Shown here piece by piece: positions 53,537 to 64,000 of a DNA stretch of 64,000 nt (positions are counted from its first letter, which is position 1; the number at the start of each line of letters is the position of its first letter). This DNA is from an uncultured bacterium (GTDB lineage: Bacteria; Poribacteria; WGA-4E; WGA-3G). Below the pieces are notes generated by a model, which ran no database searches, was not told where the DNA came from, and saw nothing but the letters and a program-made list of their open reading frames with translations. Location of the stretch: the NCBI GenBank assembly GCA_964652195.1, contig CAZZBB010000060.1, positions 39,003-103,002 of the forward strand, read 5' to 3'. The translations under genes were made by a program, and so were the position numbers.

Positions 53537-54442
53537 ATGAAATTATTTTTTAAAATTTTCGCGTTAGTAATATATAGTTCCTTTGCAGTTTATATGATTT
53601 GCTGCGGGGAAAATGAAAATGCAGCGTTTATAAATGCATACCCGCCAAACAACAGCACAATCAACTCGGATGATGTGATTACTGTTATCTTTGACAACAC
53701 ACCAGTGATGGTAGACGTAGAAATACAAAGGCTTAATGACTCAAATTTTTTATGGGAATTGGATGAACAAACTCTTACTGTTCGAGGGAATTCGAAATTC
53801 TCTTCTGGTCGGAATTACGTTATTATAATCTCCTGGGCAACAGGTCGCAAAATCTTAAACTACACAGTGCGTCGATCACCTCCCAAAGTGATTGATGTCC
53901 TCACTGCAGCATTAGTAAGCGCTTCACCCGCAAGTGGTGATCTCGCAGCAAATGGTAGCATTACCGTTACATTCGACAACAATCCTGGTGACGTAACAGC
54001 CAGTGCCGGTACAGTTGCTGGATCAGGTAAATCTCGTACCATCTCTGGCCCCTTTACACCTGGTGCACTTGCACTCAACCTCAGTTGGACAAACAGTGAA
54101 AGTAGTCATACACTGAACTATACAGTGTATGACGCAGATGAAACCGCTCCAGAAGTTACAGCCAGTAGTCCTAAAGACGGTGCTGAAGGTGTGGACCCCG
54201 CAAAAGTGTTTGAAGACGGTATCGAGGTCACATTCAATGAAAACGTCACTGGAGATTTAATGCTCTTGGATGGCGATGATGATGTAGGTTGGACATCCGA
54301 AACTTCAGATAACAAGATTACCCTTACAGGGAACGCCGGACAAGAACTCAGCAACGAAACAGAATATGAAATTGCAGGTACAGTGAAAGACGGTAATGGG
54401 AACGAAGCGGAAGTCAGTATTACGTTTGTTACAAAAGACTAA
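53537..54442 (+). CDS. secreted/membrane-anchored hypothetical protein with Ig-like repeats
   Basis: 301 aa. Hydrophobic N-terminus. Repeated beta-rich T/S/V segments. Confidence 0.5.
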   Translation: MKLFFKIFALVIYSSFAVYMICCGENENAAFINAYPPNNSTINSDDVITVIFDNTPVMVDVEIQRLNDSNFLWELDEQTLTVRGNSKFSSGRNYVIIISWATGRKILNYTVRRSPPKVIDVLTAALVSASPASGDLAANGSITVTFDNNPGDVTASAGTVAGSGKSRTISGPFTPGALALNLSWTNSESSHTLNYTVYDADETAPEVTASSPKDGAEGVDPAKVFEDGIEVTFNENVTGDLMLLDGDDDVGWTSETSDNKITLTGNAGQELSNETEYEIAGTVKDGNGNEAEVSITFVTKD

Positions 54443-54552
54443 AGGTAAATTTAACAAACACAGCAACTGAAAGACATTAATGTAATTGTTGGTATTTTAC
54501 GCAAGAACTAATAATACAGTAAATACTGGTACATTGGAAAACGGAGGAAGAA

Positions 54553-55479
54553 GTGGCAAGAAAAAAAATTAGTGTAATCGGGGCCGGCAATGTCGGTGCG
54601 ACAGCAGCATTCCTAATCGCGCAGAAGCAGCTTGGTGATGTCGTGATGATAGACATTGTGGATGGTGTGCCACAAGGTAAGGCACTGGATATGGCAGAGA
54701 TGGGACCGGTAGAATTGTTTGACGCTGCGATTAGTGGTGATCTGGATTATTCCGCTACAGCAGATTCCGATTTAGTAATTATTACATCCGGTTCTCCACG
54801 AAAACCCGGGATGACTCGTGAAGACCTATTGCAAACGAATGCCAATATCGTTGGTAGTGTCACAGAAAATGTGGTGAAACATTCGCCTGATACTATTATT
54901 ATGATGCTAACCAACCCACTTGATATCATGACCTACCATGCGTGGAAAGTATCGGGATTCCCTTCTCAACGTGTTGTTGGACAAGCCGGTGTTTTGGATT
55001 CTGCTCGATTTCGTTATTTTATTTCACTTGAACTGGGTGTTTCCGTAGAAGATATCCATGCGCTCGTTCTTGGTGGACACGGTGATACAATGGTCCCCCT
55101 ACCGCGTTATACGACTGTCAACGGTATCCCTATACCCCAATTGATTTCTAATGAGCGGATTGAAGAGATGGCACAACGCACCCGTGATGGTGGTGCTGAG
55201 GTTGTAAACCTTCTCAAGACCAGTGGGTATTATGCAGCTGGTGCATCATTGGCACAGATGGCAGAAGCAATCATTTTAGATAAAAAACGTCTACTTCCCT
55301 GTTCTGCACACCTCACAGGACAATACGGAATCAATGATCTCTATATTGGTGTGCCAATTAAACTGGGTGCGGACGGTATTGAAGAGATTATTGAGATTGA
55401 ACTGACAGATGAAGAAGTAAATGCTCTGCAGACATCCGCACAAACGTATCGTGAAGGCATTGCATTATTAGGATATTAA
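54553..55479 (+). CDS. mdh: malate dehydrogenase (LDH-like MDH)
   Basis: KISVIGAGNVGATAAF, catalytic GGHGDTMVPL. 308 aa. Confidence 0.9.
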   Translation: MARKKISVIGAGNVGATAAFLIAQKQLGDVVMIDIVDGVPQGKALDMAEMGPVELFDAAISGDLDYSATADSDLVIITSGSPRKPGMTREDLLQTNANIVGSVTENVVKHSPDTIIMMLTNPLDIMTYHAWKVSGFPSQRVVGQAGVLDSARFRYFISLELGVSVEDIHALVLGGHGDTMVPLPRYTTVNGIPIPQLISNERIEEMAQRTRDGGAEVVNLLKTSGYYAAGASLAQMAEAIILDKKRLLPCSAHLTGQYGINDLYIGVPIKLGADGIEEIIEIELTDEEVNALQTSAQTYREGIALLGY

Positions 55480-55491
55480 AATCCTTGAAAA

Positions 55492-55540
55492 AAATGTCCA
55501 TATCAACACCTTTATAGATTGTTGATATGGACATTTTTAA
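55492..55540. terminator. bidirectional terminator hairpin (17 bp stem) between mdh and the minus-strand gene
   Basis: aaatgtccatatcaaca-cctttatagat-tgttgatatggacattt, then TT. Confidence 0.6.
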
Positions 55541-55556
55541 CGTTGTCAACACTATA

Positions 55557-56162
55557 TCACACCTTTTGCTCCACCATACTGGAAAGGATACCAAGAATCT
55601 TGTCACACCGCTCAATCGTATAGGTTGACATGTCAACTTGCAAACACTTACCATGCAACTTAAGAAATAACCACTCAACACCTGTTGTACTCGCCCCATA
55701 AACAGTTGATATGTCATTTCCTCTCTCAGCATTAAAACGTTGGGCAGCGAGCATCTCTGCAACACACTGTCCAAGTCCGAGCTTCAAGTCAAGATTCTTT
55801 GCTTCAACCAGGATGACTACCGGAGCCTCCAAATAAAATTGTTCAGGAGATAAACTCACTAAAAAATCACATACACCGGTCAACCCTATTTCAGCATCAA
55901 CATTGAAGTCAATACCAGAAAACAGACTAATATTGTGATCAAAGTGCTCAAGAAGGTCAACGAGCACGTCAACAACTATAAGCTCAGATCTTGCTTTCTC
56001 AGTACCGATCGCAGTGGCTAATGATGTCTTTCTCGCTAAACCCATCGTGAGATACGTACTTGGCTCCACTGGTTCTATTTCAGAAAAGAGTCCTAAAGAC
56101 CGAACTGTTTCAAGTTGAAACGTTTTTTGTGCGCTTTCTAAGGTAAATTCGCTATAAGACAT
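55557..56162 (-). CDS. hypothetical protein immediately downstream of dnaK
   Basis: 201 aa ORF. Not DnaJ or GrpE-like. Confidence 0.5.
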   Translation of the reverse strand: MSYSEFTLESAQKTFQLETVRSLGLFSEIEPVEPSTYLTMGLARKTSLATAIGTEKARSELIVVDVLVDLLEHFDHNISLFSGIDFNVDAEIGLTGVCDFLVSLSPEQFYLEAPVVILVEAKNLDLKLGLGQCVAEMLAAQRFNAERGNDISTVYGASTTGVEWLFLKLHGKCLQVDMSTYTIERCDKILGILSSMVEQKV

Positions 56163-56200
56163 ATCTGTTTCTCTCAGAATAGGATCAAAGCATCAAGAGA

Positions 56201-58123
56201 TTATTCTTTCTTCTCTTCGTCTTCATCAACAACCTCGTATTCTGCGTCAACAACATCACCGTCTTCAGTAGATTCACCAGCAGGATCTCCCTCTGGGGCT
56301 GCACCAGGTTCTGCACCTGCAGCTTGTTGATAGATTTCAGCTGATGCTTCATGCCAGATCTTCGTTAGGTCATCAGTTGCAGCTTTAATTTCGGGGGTGT
56401 TGTTTGCTTCCAATGCTTGTTTTACACGTTCAACAGCAGCATTAACCTTTTCTTTAGTTGCCTCACCAACCTTGTCCCCGAATTCATTGAGATTTTTCTC
56501 AGTCTCATAGATCAATGAATCTGCTTGGTTGCGTGTTTCAACTTCCTCACGCTTCTGTTTATCTTCTTCAGCATGTGTTTCAGCATCTTTTACCATTTGT
56601 TCGATTTCTTGCTCACTCAGACCAGAAGACGCTGTTATTGTAATCTTCTGTTCTTTCCCTGTTCCTGTATCCTTTGCTGATACGTTAAGAATACCGTTTG
56701 CATCAATGTCAAATGTAACCTCAATTTGTGGCATGCCTCTACGGGCAGGGGGAATTTCATCAAGTCTAAATCTACCGATGGTCTTATTGTAAACCGCTTG
56801 TTCCCGTTCACCTTGAAGGACATGAACATCTACTGCGGTTTGGTTATCTTCTGCGGTTGTAAACTTCTCAGATTTTTTCGTTGGGATAGTCGTATTCTTT
56901 TCGATTAACCGTGTAAACATACCACCAAGTGTCTCAATACCGAGAGAGAGTGGGGTAACATCTAATAGTAGAATATCCTTCACTTCCTCATCGCCAGCAA
57001 GAACACCACCTTGAATTGCTGCACCAACAGCAACAACTTCATCGGGATTGACACCTTTATGCGGTTCTTTTCCAAAAAGTTCTTGAACTGCTTCCTGTAC
57101 CTTAGGCATCCGAGTTTGACCACCAACGAGAATAACCTCATCAATTTCGGAAGGTTGCATCTCGGCATCACTGAGTGCTTGTCGACATGGTTCCAACGAT
57201 CTATTCACTAAATCGTCTGTAATCTGTTCTAATTTCGCACGTGTGAGTGTTAGGTTTAGGTGTTTCGGTCCACTGGCATCAACACTAATGAACGGCAGGT
57301 TAATATCTGTCTGAAGCGTACTGGAAAGTTCACACTTTGCGGTTTCTGCGGACTCTTTCAAACGTTGGAGTGCCATCTGGTCATTTCGTAAATCAATTCC
57401 TTGACTACTCAAAAATTCTTGTGCCATCCAATCAATAACCGCTTGGTCAAAGTCATCACCACCGAGGTGTGTATCTCCATTAGTGCTTTTTACCTCAAAA
57501 ACACCATCACCGATTTCCAGAATTGATATGTCAAACGTTCCGCCCCCAAGGTCATAGACAGCAATCTTCTTATCGCCTTCATTTTGTAATCCATAAGCAA
57601 GGGATGCAGCGGTAGGTTCGTTGATAATCCGCAATACCTCTAACCCCGCAATTTTACCTGCATCAGCGGTTGATTGTCGTTGTGAATCATTAAAATATGC
57701 AGGGACAGTGATAACCGCTTGTGTAACATCCTCGCCAAGATACGCTTCGGCGGTTTCTTTCATTTTCCTGAGAACCATAGCAGAGATTTCAGGGGGTGTA
57801 TAATCTTTACCCTCTATACTTACTGCAATGTCTCCATCTTTGTCACTTTTTAATTCATAAGGTACACGGGAAGTTTCTTCTCCAATTTCACTGAATTTTC
57901 TTCCCATAAATCGTTTGATTGAGAATATTGTATTTTCGGGGTTCGTGATTGCTTGTCTTTTTGCAACCTGTCCGACTGGACGTTCCCCTTCTTTGGTAAA
58001 TCCGACTACAGAAGGCGTCGTTCGGTTTCCTTCAGCATTTTCAATTACCTTAGGTTCACCACTTTCTAAAATCGCAACACACGAGTTTGTTGTCCCTAAA
58101 TCAATTCCTATTACTTTTCCCAT
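56201..58123 (-). CDS. dnaK: molecular chaperone DnaK (Hsp70)
   Basis: [20 protein letters not shown], full Hsp70 architecture. 640 aa. Confidence 0.95.
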   Translation of the reverse strand: MGKVIGIDLGTTNSCVAILESGEPKVIENAEGNRTTPSVVGFTKEGERPVGQVAKRQAITNPENTIFSIKRFMGRKFSEIGEETSRVPYELKSDKDGDIAVSIEGKDYTPPEISAMVLRKMKETAEAYLGEDVTQAVITVPAYFNDSQRQSTADAGKIAGLEVLRIINEPTAASLAYGLQNEGDKKIAVYDLGGGTFDISILEIGDGVFEVKSTNGDTHLGGDDFDQAVIDWMAQEFLSSQGIDLRNDQMALQRLKESAETAKCELSSTLQTDINLPFISVDASGPKHLNLTLTRAKLEQITDDLVNRSLEPCRQALSDAEMQPSEIDEVILVGGQTRMPKVQEAVQELFGKEPHKGVNPDEVVAVGAAIQGGVLAGDEEVKDILLLDVTPLSLGIETLGGMFTRLIEKNTTIPTKKSEKFTTAEDNQTAVDVHVLQGEREQAVYNKTIGRFRLDEIPPARRGMPQIEVTFDIDANGILNVSAKDTGTGKEQKITITASSGLSEQEIEQMVKDAETHAEEDKQKREEVETRNQADSLIYETEKNLNEFGDKVGEATKEKVNAAVERVKQALEANNTPEIKAATDDLTKIWHEASAEIYQQAAGAEPGAAPEGDPAGESTEDGDVVDAEYEVVDEDEEKKE

Positions 58124-58325
58124 TTTATCTCTCCAATTATTATATTATTGTTGTTTAGCAATATTAAATAATAATCTTACGATTTTCGATATGTGTCAAA
58201 CCCGTAGGGGCGGGGTTTCCCCGCCCGTTATTGACGCATAATGTGAATATTTAATATTGAAACTTGCTTTAGATGAAGATTAAGAAAATATTTCGGTAAT
58301 TCTAATTTTCCCAAACCCGGTAGGC

Positions 58326-58380
58326 GGGGAATGACTAAATGTCATTCATACCCGGGGAATGACTAAATGTCATTCATACC
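58326..58380. promoter_or_regulatory. two tandem 27 bp boxes, each containing the palindrome GAATGAC-TAAAT-GTCATTC, ~200 bp upstream of dnaK
   Basis: ggggaatgactaaatgtcattcatacc x2, followed by (ttgattcc)x3.5 at 58381-58410. Confidence 0.35.
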
Positions 58381-58610
58381 GTTGATTCCTTGATTCCTTG
58401 ATTCCTTGATTTGGATTTTTTCAAAATTGCCGATTTTAAAAATTAATCTTCATGAAAACAACTGATAAACTGATATAAGTAATAGCAATATCTGTGCCAA
58501 CCCTACATGTTGATATAGTGGTAACTTATTTTTCTACAAGTCAATTTGGCAGTTAGTCTATACGTTTGAATCTGATGTTGTCTGCCAATTTGGCATACAT
58601 TATAATGAGG

Positions 58611-59432
58611 TTACTTTTTCAGCAAACCCCATATAATTGGAAGTTTTTCTGTTGGTTCCACGGGTAGGAGATCTTGAATACCATTTTGAACCATTCTAAT
58701 TTCTTTTTCAGTAAGTCCACGATTAAAGATAGCAAACTCATCCATTTCACCATTATAGAACCGATTCAGATTGAGTGGTTCTTCAGTACCCAGAATGAGA
58801 GGGGATTCAACAGGAAACAATTCCTCGTTCTGTTTTGGGTGGTTAATTAAAACCTTACCGTCAAGATAGACTGTCCAAAAATCTCCTGTCTTAAAGGAAA
58901 CAGCGACATGCTGCCATTTATCTTTAACGACATTTCTGGGACTCTGTGCGGGGACAACGCGTCCACCTGTCAACCTCCATCCCATCCATATAAATCCATC
59001 TGGATGAAGTAGGATTTCGAAGAACTCATCTACATCTGGTCCTTTAGCAGCAATCAGTTGCCATGTACCTGCACCTGCCTCTAACGTAGGACGAACCCAT
59101 GCACAAATAGTAATTTCGTCTGTGATTTCAAAGTGATGAGAATGCCTAACACGAACAATCCCATTCTTTCCACCAAAATTGAGTCCTTTACCATATTTTC
59201 CATCTGCCCAACCGGTATCACCTTCTAATGTACCGTCGTTTCCATTACCTGAAAGATCTGTAACGGTTTTTCCACTTCCATCTTCAAATGCAAAATAAAC
59301 GACTAATCCTTCTAATTCTTGTGCAAGACAGAATGATTGACACAACCCTATCAGATAGACTAATGCAATTAAGAGAATCATATATTTCTGCATTTTGTTC
59401 TCCATTATAGTAAAATCTAAAACTGTGAACAT
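58611..59432 (-). CDS. secreted LamG-like (concanavalin A-like lectin/glucanase fold) protein
   Basis: Signal peptide. DGTLEGDTGWADGKYGKGLNFGG...ICAWVRP is typical of LamG_3. Confidence 0.55.
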   Translation of the reverse strand: MFTVLDFTIMENKMQKYMILLIALVYLIGLCQSFCLAQELEGLVVYFAFEDGSGKTVTDLSGNGNDGTLEGDTGWADGKYGKGLNFGGKNGIVRVRHSHHFEITDEITICAWVRPTLEAGAGTWQLIAAKGPDVDEFFEILLHPDGFIWMGWRLTGGRVVPAQSPRNVVKDKWQHVAVSFKTGDFWTVYLDGKVLINHPKQNEELFPVESPLILGTEEPLNLNRFYNGEMDEFAIFNRGLTEKEIRMVQNGIQDLLPVEPTEKLPIIWGLLKK

Positions 59433-59811
59433 TCCTTCGTTGGAATATGTTTAATTGCTCCATTTATACAACATGGTTTATGAACTTATCTATAGAAATA
59501 TCATTCCTATGGATGATGATTGAACTTTTACATTTTGGGTAGGATATTAACAACAAATATGATTAGATGAATTCTATAATTTTTATCTAAGACAACACAG
59601 AATGGTCTAAGAGTCGGGATTGGGATCCATCCTACAAAAAAGGATACCCAGATACGAAATATAAGACAATACAATCTGGTATACATTATGACTGCTCAGA
59701 CATAATGTATACCAAGTGATTAGTGGTAGGCCAATGTGACAGATAACTATAAATGGACAGAATGGGTAGAACAGACAGAAGGAGTACAACTATCCTATAA
59801 ACTAATGTTTT

Positions 59812-60540
59812 CTATGCAAACGGGAAGGTCCCTTGATATCCGCGAGGTCGAGAGACATGCCAAACACCATCGTACATTGGTGTAACTTGATAGTGGCATA
59901 CGACATTACTCCGCTCCATGTCATCTCGTTCTTTTGCCCCTTGGTGTGGCATATGATTGATAAACACAACACAATCCCCTGCCTTAGGATACAGCATAAC
60001 ATGCTCTTGTGATTCGCACCATTCCTCAAATTTAGGACGGTCTAAAGGATATAGATGGGGTGGTTCATTTATATGTCCATCTTTTACGAACTTAAGATGT
60101 CCTTCACCCGGATCATTATCTTGAAAATAGTAGGTTGTGTTGATACCAGCCGGTGCCATGGCAAAAGGATGTTCTTCAACATACCGTTTCTCATGCCAGT
60201 AACCATAAAAATCCATGTGCCATTCTTGTAGATAAGGACCGGGATTGATATGTGCGCGAAGACTTCGTAGTTGGCACTGTTTACCCATTAAACCTTCAAG
60301 ATAGGGACGTACACTTGGATGGCCTACAAGCGGTTGGTATGTATCAGGTTCACGATCAAGTAGCGAATCAAACCACATATTTCCTACAGCATTTAGCCCT
60401 TCTTCCCATCCCTGTTCTCGGGCATAATTCACGCGTTGTCTAATATGTTCAGTCTCTTCAGAGGACAATGCTCCTTCAATTAAAAAATATCCATTCTGTA
60501 GTAATTGTTCAACGTTTGTTTTATTATCTCCCATGATCAT
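59812..60540 (-). CDS. phytanoyl-CoA dioxygenase (PhyH)-like protein
   Basis: 242 aa. GYFLIEGALS N-terminus, HMDF..., HQG. Confidence 0.5.
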   Translation of the reverse strand: MIMGDNKTNVEQLLQNGYFLIEGALSSEETEHIRQRVNYAREQGWEEGLNAVGNMWFDSLLDREPDTYQPLVGHPSVRPYLEGLMGKQCQLRSLRAHINPGPYLQEWHMDFYGYWHEKRYVEEHPFAMAPAGINTTYYFQDNDPGEGHLKFVKDGHINEPPHLYPLDRPKFEEWCESQEHVMLYPKAGDCVVFINHMPHQGAKERDDMERSNVVCHYQVTPMYDGVWHVSRPRGYQGTFPFA

Positions 60541-60636
60541 CTCCTTAGTACATCAGTGTTGTGGTAAATTCTACATTTTTAACTATTATCGTGTCAACAT
60601 ATTTGTATCAATACCAAAAACGGGTCTCTAACTAAT

Positions 60637-62151
60637 CTAACTTCCTGTAAAGAGTTTAGCAAACAATCCCCATCCGCTAATTCCAGCAAACAGAATGAGC
60701 ACAACTGCGGAAACAAGTGAACCAATAAACATCAATGGATGGGTACGATAAACACGCGGAAGTTTAAAATTCAGATAAATCGCAGCAAGCATCATCAATG
60801 CAATTGAGAAATTTGCCAATATAAAACCTGCAATCTGTGTCAAAATATCAAATGGTATATTTAACCAGATAATAATCATAGTTGTAACGAATATATATAG
60901 ACAAATCCACCTACGTATCTTATCATAGTTCCATTCCCGATCTTGCCATATAGCTTGAAAAAACTCTTGGATTACACGGGCATATATTTCAGGAAGTGCC
61001 TGCAACGTACCCCATAATGCAGCTACAATACAGATATAGTAAACCCATACAAGGGAAGAATGGATATTTTTCCATACACTCGCCTGATCCGTAAGTAAAC
61101 TCCATCCGTCAAAAGAACTCCTAAGATCATACAATACACCTGCACCAGATAGCATAAATGCACCGGTTACGATGAACAAGACAACAGCACCCATGCCTAT
61201 ATCCCATCGTAATGGAGATAGAATCTTCCGTAATTGACTTACTTGATCAGGGTTTTCAGGTAGGTAGTCGATTCTATTTCGATTTCCAGCATGGTTCCGG
61301 ATACCAATAATGTTTTTATGTGCAGTCATCCCCCATTTATGTATACTCACCCAATTTGCATAAACAACATATCCCATCACTGAACCCCCAACATAACCGA
61401 ATGTTGTCGCCATAGTTAGTAATGGATTTTTCACTGCATCCTTCGGTGTCCATTCAGGAAATTCGGGTATATGTCCAATACTTAGACTTCCAATTATAGC
61501 TTTACCAATATCGGGTCGAACCATAAGTGTTCCAATAACAGTTCCTGTCACAAGTATCCCACAGATGATGAGTTGTTGTTTTTCTAACTTTTCAAAGGAG
61601 AGACGCAAACCGAAGAGTAAGGCTAATGTAATAAAACAGGAGGTTAGAAGGTTTTGCCAGACAGTCATCGAAACTGATGAGGGTAGTCTGCTCTCCAAGA
61701 GAAAATGGAGTAACGCACCGCACGGTTTTGCAATTGGCACCCAAGCTAATGGGGCACCAACCATCTCAAAAATGACTATGGCAATTAATAACCAACCCCG
61801 GGGTCCGGGTAATTTCGCAAGACGATTGCCGATATATTCTCCGCTGACCGCTGTATACCGACCAAGTAGATAGGTTACAAACACACCCTTAACAACGCAG
61901 CTGAGGAGCACAAGCCACAGTAAATCGTAACCTGCCCATGCCCCGGCTCGTACAACTACGATCGTTTCTCCTGCCCCAATACTCACGGAAGCTACAATAG
62001 CTGCGGGACCAAAGACTGATGCCAGAGCAAATAACTTCTTCAATGACCACGGTTCAGAAAATGGTCCGGTCACAGGTGGAATATCAACCTTTTCTATATT
62101 CTGTGTGTCGTCGTTATGCATTGTTAAATTAACCAAGTTGATTAGGAACAA
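60637..62151 (-). CDS. Nramp-like membrane transporter (divergent)
   Basis: FGPAAIVASVSIGAGE...AGYDLLWLVLL resembles the Nramp TM1 region, but the DPGN motif is replaced. About 11 predicted TM helices. Confidence 0.5.
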   Translation of the reverse strand: MFLINLVNLTMHNDDTQNIEKVDIPPVTGPFSEPWSLKKLFALASVFGPAAIVASVSIGAGETIVVVRAGAWAGYDLLWLVLLSCVVKGVFVTYLLGRYTAVSGEYIGNRLAKLPGPRGWLLIAIVIFEMVGAPLAWVPIAKPCGALLHFLLESRLPSSVSMTVWQNLLTSCFITLALLFGLRLSFEKLEKQQLIICGILVTGTVIGTLMVRPDIGKAIIGSLSIGHIPEFPEWTPKDAVKNPLLTMATTFGYVGGSVMGYVVYANWVSIHKWGMTAHKNIIGIRNHAGNRNRIDYLPENPDQVSQLRKILSPLRWDIGMGAVVLFIVTGAFMLSGAGVLYDLRSSFDGWSLLTDQASVWKNIHSSLVWVYYICIVAALWGTLQALPEIYARVIQEFFQAIWQDREWNYDKIRRWICLYIFVTTMIIIWLNIPFDILTQIAGFILANFSIALMMLAAIYLNFKLPRVYRTHPLMFIGSLVSAVVLILFAGISGWGLFAKLFTGS

Positions 62152-62196
62152 TACCTAACCAACTTGAGTCTTGTTAGTTAGAGGTGAAGGCTATCT

Positions 62197-62919
62197 TTAA
62201 CTAAGCGGTTCTAAAGGTTTAGCATTTCCGAATACAGGTTTGGGGGCATCTCCAAGAGCTGCCCATTTGGCTGCATTTGCGATGACATGGCGAACATTCT
62301 TATCATAATATATCGGATAGGTTTCATGACCCGGACGGAAGTAAAATATCTTTCCTCTACCACGATAATAACAGCATCCACTTCGGAAAACTTCTCCACC
62401 TGGGAACCAACTGATAAAAACGAGTGTATCTGGTTCAGGAATATCGAACGGTTCACCATACATTTCTGCATGTTCAATTTCGAAGTATTCACCAAGACCA
62501 TCAACAATCGGGTGTCCATGTTCAATAACCCAAATGCGTTCCTTCTCTGCTGCTTCACGCCATTTGAGGCTACATGATGTTCCCATTAATCGCACAAAGG
62601 GTTTAGAATAGTGTCCTGAATGTAGGACAATCAATCCCATTCCTTGTAATACTCGTGCTTTTACTTTATCTGCAATTTCATCTTCTACTGCCCCGTGTGC
62701 AGCGTGTCCCCACCATATCAATACATCCGTTTTATCCAACACAGCATCAGTTAGACCGTGTTCCGGTTCATCTAATGTGGCGGTCAACGTTTCAATACCG
62801 TGTTCGCTCAAACCATCCGCGATAACGGAATGGATACCTTCTGGATATATTTTCTTGATAGTTTCATTCGTTTTCTCATGCCTAAATTCATTCCAAACTG
62901 TAACTAAAGGTTGTGACAT
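62197..62919 (-). CDS. ThuA-like (trehalose utilisation / class I glutamine amidotransferase-like) protein
   Basis: [17 protein letters not shown]...[19 protein letters not shown]. Confidence 0.7.
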   Translation of the reverse strand: MSQPLVTVWNEFRHEKTNETIKKIYPEGIHSVIADGLSEHGIETLTATLDEPEHGLTDAVLDKTDVLIWWGHAAHGAVEDEIADKVKARVLQGMGLIVLHSGHYSKPFVRLMGTSCSLKWREAAEKERIWVIEHGHPIVDGLGEYFEIEHAEMYGEPFDIPEPDTLVFISWFPGGEVFRSGCCYYRGRGKIFYFRPGHETYPIYYDKNVRHVIANAAKWAALGDAPKPVFGNAKPLEPLS

Positions 62920-62985
62920 ATACTTCTCCTTTAAATTGGGAGTATTTTCTCTAAACGCTCTCCCGTGTAGCGAGACCTAAATGCT

Positions 62986-64000
62986 TTAATTATCCGATTT
63001 CAACATTTGTGCGCGTTTCATAAAAACACCGTTATCCACGACCCATTGGGCGTATCCGATGTTGCCGTTATCAGTTAGATAGTCAATCCTTTTATTCAGA
63101 AAGTTAAGCAATTCCGTGTTTTCACGTGCAACAGTAAACCCGCCATATTCTACCTGTTCATCGAGGGCGGTAACAACGAAAGCCCCAGCAGATGCAGCCG
63201 CAGCATCTCGGTTGCCGATCTCACCGCGTGCAAGGGCATCAATCCTGTTTTCTTGTAGGTTACCCAGCAGTATTTCTTCCTCTGTTAGAACGATGGGGAT
63301 GGTAATACGAGGTATCAACGGGTCAAAGCCTTCATTCGGCATATTCACAGGATAGTTGACTTGTGGCATGCTATCTGCGGACGGATAGAGAGTAAACCTG
63401 TTTTCTATATTCGGTGTCGATCCCGCTGCAGTAATCTTATAGTCCGCTGTGCCGTCTGCAACAACCGTGCCTGTGGGTGTGTCAATCCGTGTGCCTGCAG
63501 CAACAACACCATTAGCGTCAACTATCCCTGTAATTTGAAGTAAACGGGCCTCACCGGTTGTCCCTCGTAGCACACCTACGCGGACATCACGCGTCAGATC
63601 GGTGTAGTTTTGGATATGTGCCGCATCTTCAGTCCGTACGAGAAGCGATTGACGAAACACAATGTGAGGGGTTGTGAAGGCAACAATCGGTGTACCAGTT
63701 GCGTCCTTTGTCCGGGCATCAAGGATTGTAATACCTCCACCGATAACATCATAGTCAGGAGCAGCTGCCAAAAGCCAGATATTCTCCCATTGAGAGATCG
63801 GTTCCCTTGTAAAAGACAGATTGGGGGTTTCCATGACTTCAAGTGCAGTCAATAGGTCAGCTTCATAACCGAGATGTGTATCTCCTAATATGTAACTCAC
63901 AGGTGAAAAGGCGTCATAAATCCCAACATTGAGACCACGAGGCTGCTCTGGTGTTCGTGTGTCGTCAATGACATTGATAGTTTTTTGGTATTCACACCCA
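62986..64000 (-). CDS. hypothetical protein, N-terminus beyond the window end
   Basis: The frame stays open from 63900 to 64000 (…GLNVGIYDAFSPVSYILGD…). The track start is only a GTG. Confidence 0.5.
   Translation of the reverse strand, partial: GCEYQKTINVIDDTRTPEQPRGLNVGIYDAFSPVSYILGDTHLGYEADLLTALEVMETPNLSFTREPISQWENIWLLAAAPDYDVIGGGITILDARTKDATGTPIVAFTTPHIVFRQSLLVRTEDAAHIQNYTDLTRDVRVGVLRGTTGEARLLQITGIVDANGVVAAGTRIDTPTGTVVADGTADYKITAAGSTPNIENRFTLYPSADSMPQVNYPVNMPNEGFDPLIPRITIPIVLTEEEILLGNLQENRIDALARGEIGNRDAAAASAGAFVVTALDEQVEYGGFTVARENTELLNFLNKRIDYLTDNGNIGYAQWVVDNGVFMKRAQMLKSDN

Noticed and set aside
58326-58380. CIRCE (HrcA) or HAIR (HspR) operator upstream of dnaK
   Set aside because: The palindrome GAATGAC-N5-GTCATTC does not match the CIRCE TTAGCACTC-N9-GAGTGCTAA or HAIR CTTGAGT-N7-ACTCAAG consensus.

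Overview
This 64 kb window is a gene-dense bacterial chromosomal segment, and all of it appears to use standard TGA stop codons. Housekeeping genes present are tgt, ligA, dnaK, icd, mdh, an M42 peptidase and an SDR. Around them is a large accessory complement: four phytanoyl-CoA dioxygenase (PhyH)-like paralogs, two tandem sulfatases, two Gfo/Idh/MocA oxidoreductases, WD40, BNR and TolB-like beta-propeller proteins, ThuA, and an Nramp-like transporter. This mix is reminiscent of uncultured or symbiont-type genomes, though that is only an inference.

Five things stand out.
1. A roughly 7.6 kb defence island sits between near-identical 31 bp inverted repeats (12.46 kb and 20.09 kb). It carries type I R-M hsdM and hsdS with no hsdR, an archaeal-type ATPase, a HicA-like ORF and a HicB N-domain fused to a roughly 400 aa unknown domain. 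A Fic gene lies just outside it.
2. A two-gene ABC-type ATPase plus DUF4276 (Toprim-like) module is embedded in a sulfatase/PhyH metabolic gene array. It resembles a split OLD/PARIS/AbiL-like defence module.
3. A DUF3179-like gene is interrupted only by an in-frame TGA that falls exactly on the first Cys of a CPLC motif. This is either a selenocysteine codon or a nonsense pseudogene.
4. A minimal bacterial microcompartment (BMC) locus holds a BMC-H shell protein and a PduP/EutE-like acylating aldehyde dehydrogenase with an encapsulation-peptide-like N-terminus. Next to it is a highly divergent citrate-synthase-fold enzyme that keeps the His/His/Asp catalytic triad, followed by icd and mdh.
5. 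The intergenic space is full of small repeat families. These include a roughly 70 bp palindromic element in four copies, a roughly 113 bp MITE-like element with terminal inverted repeats in three copies, a 40 bp motif upstream of an ECF-like sigma factor and of a neighbouring operon, and tandem palindromic boxes upstream of dnaK that are neither CIRCE nor HAIR.

No rRNA, tRNA or CRISPR array was recognised.
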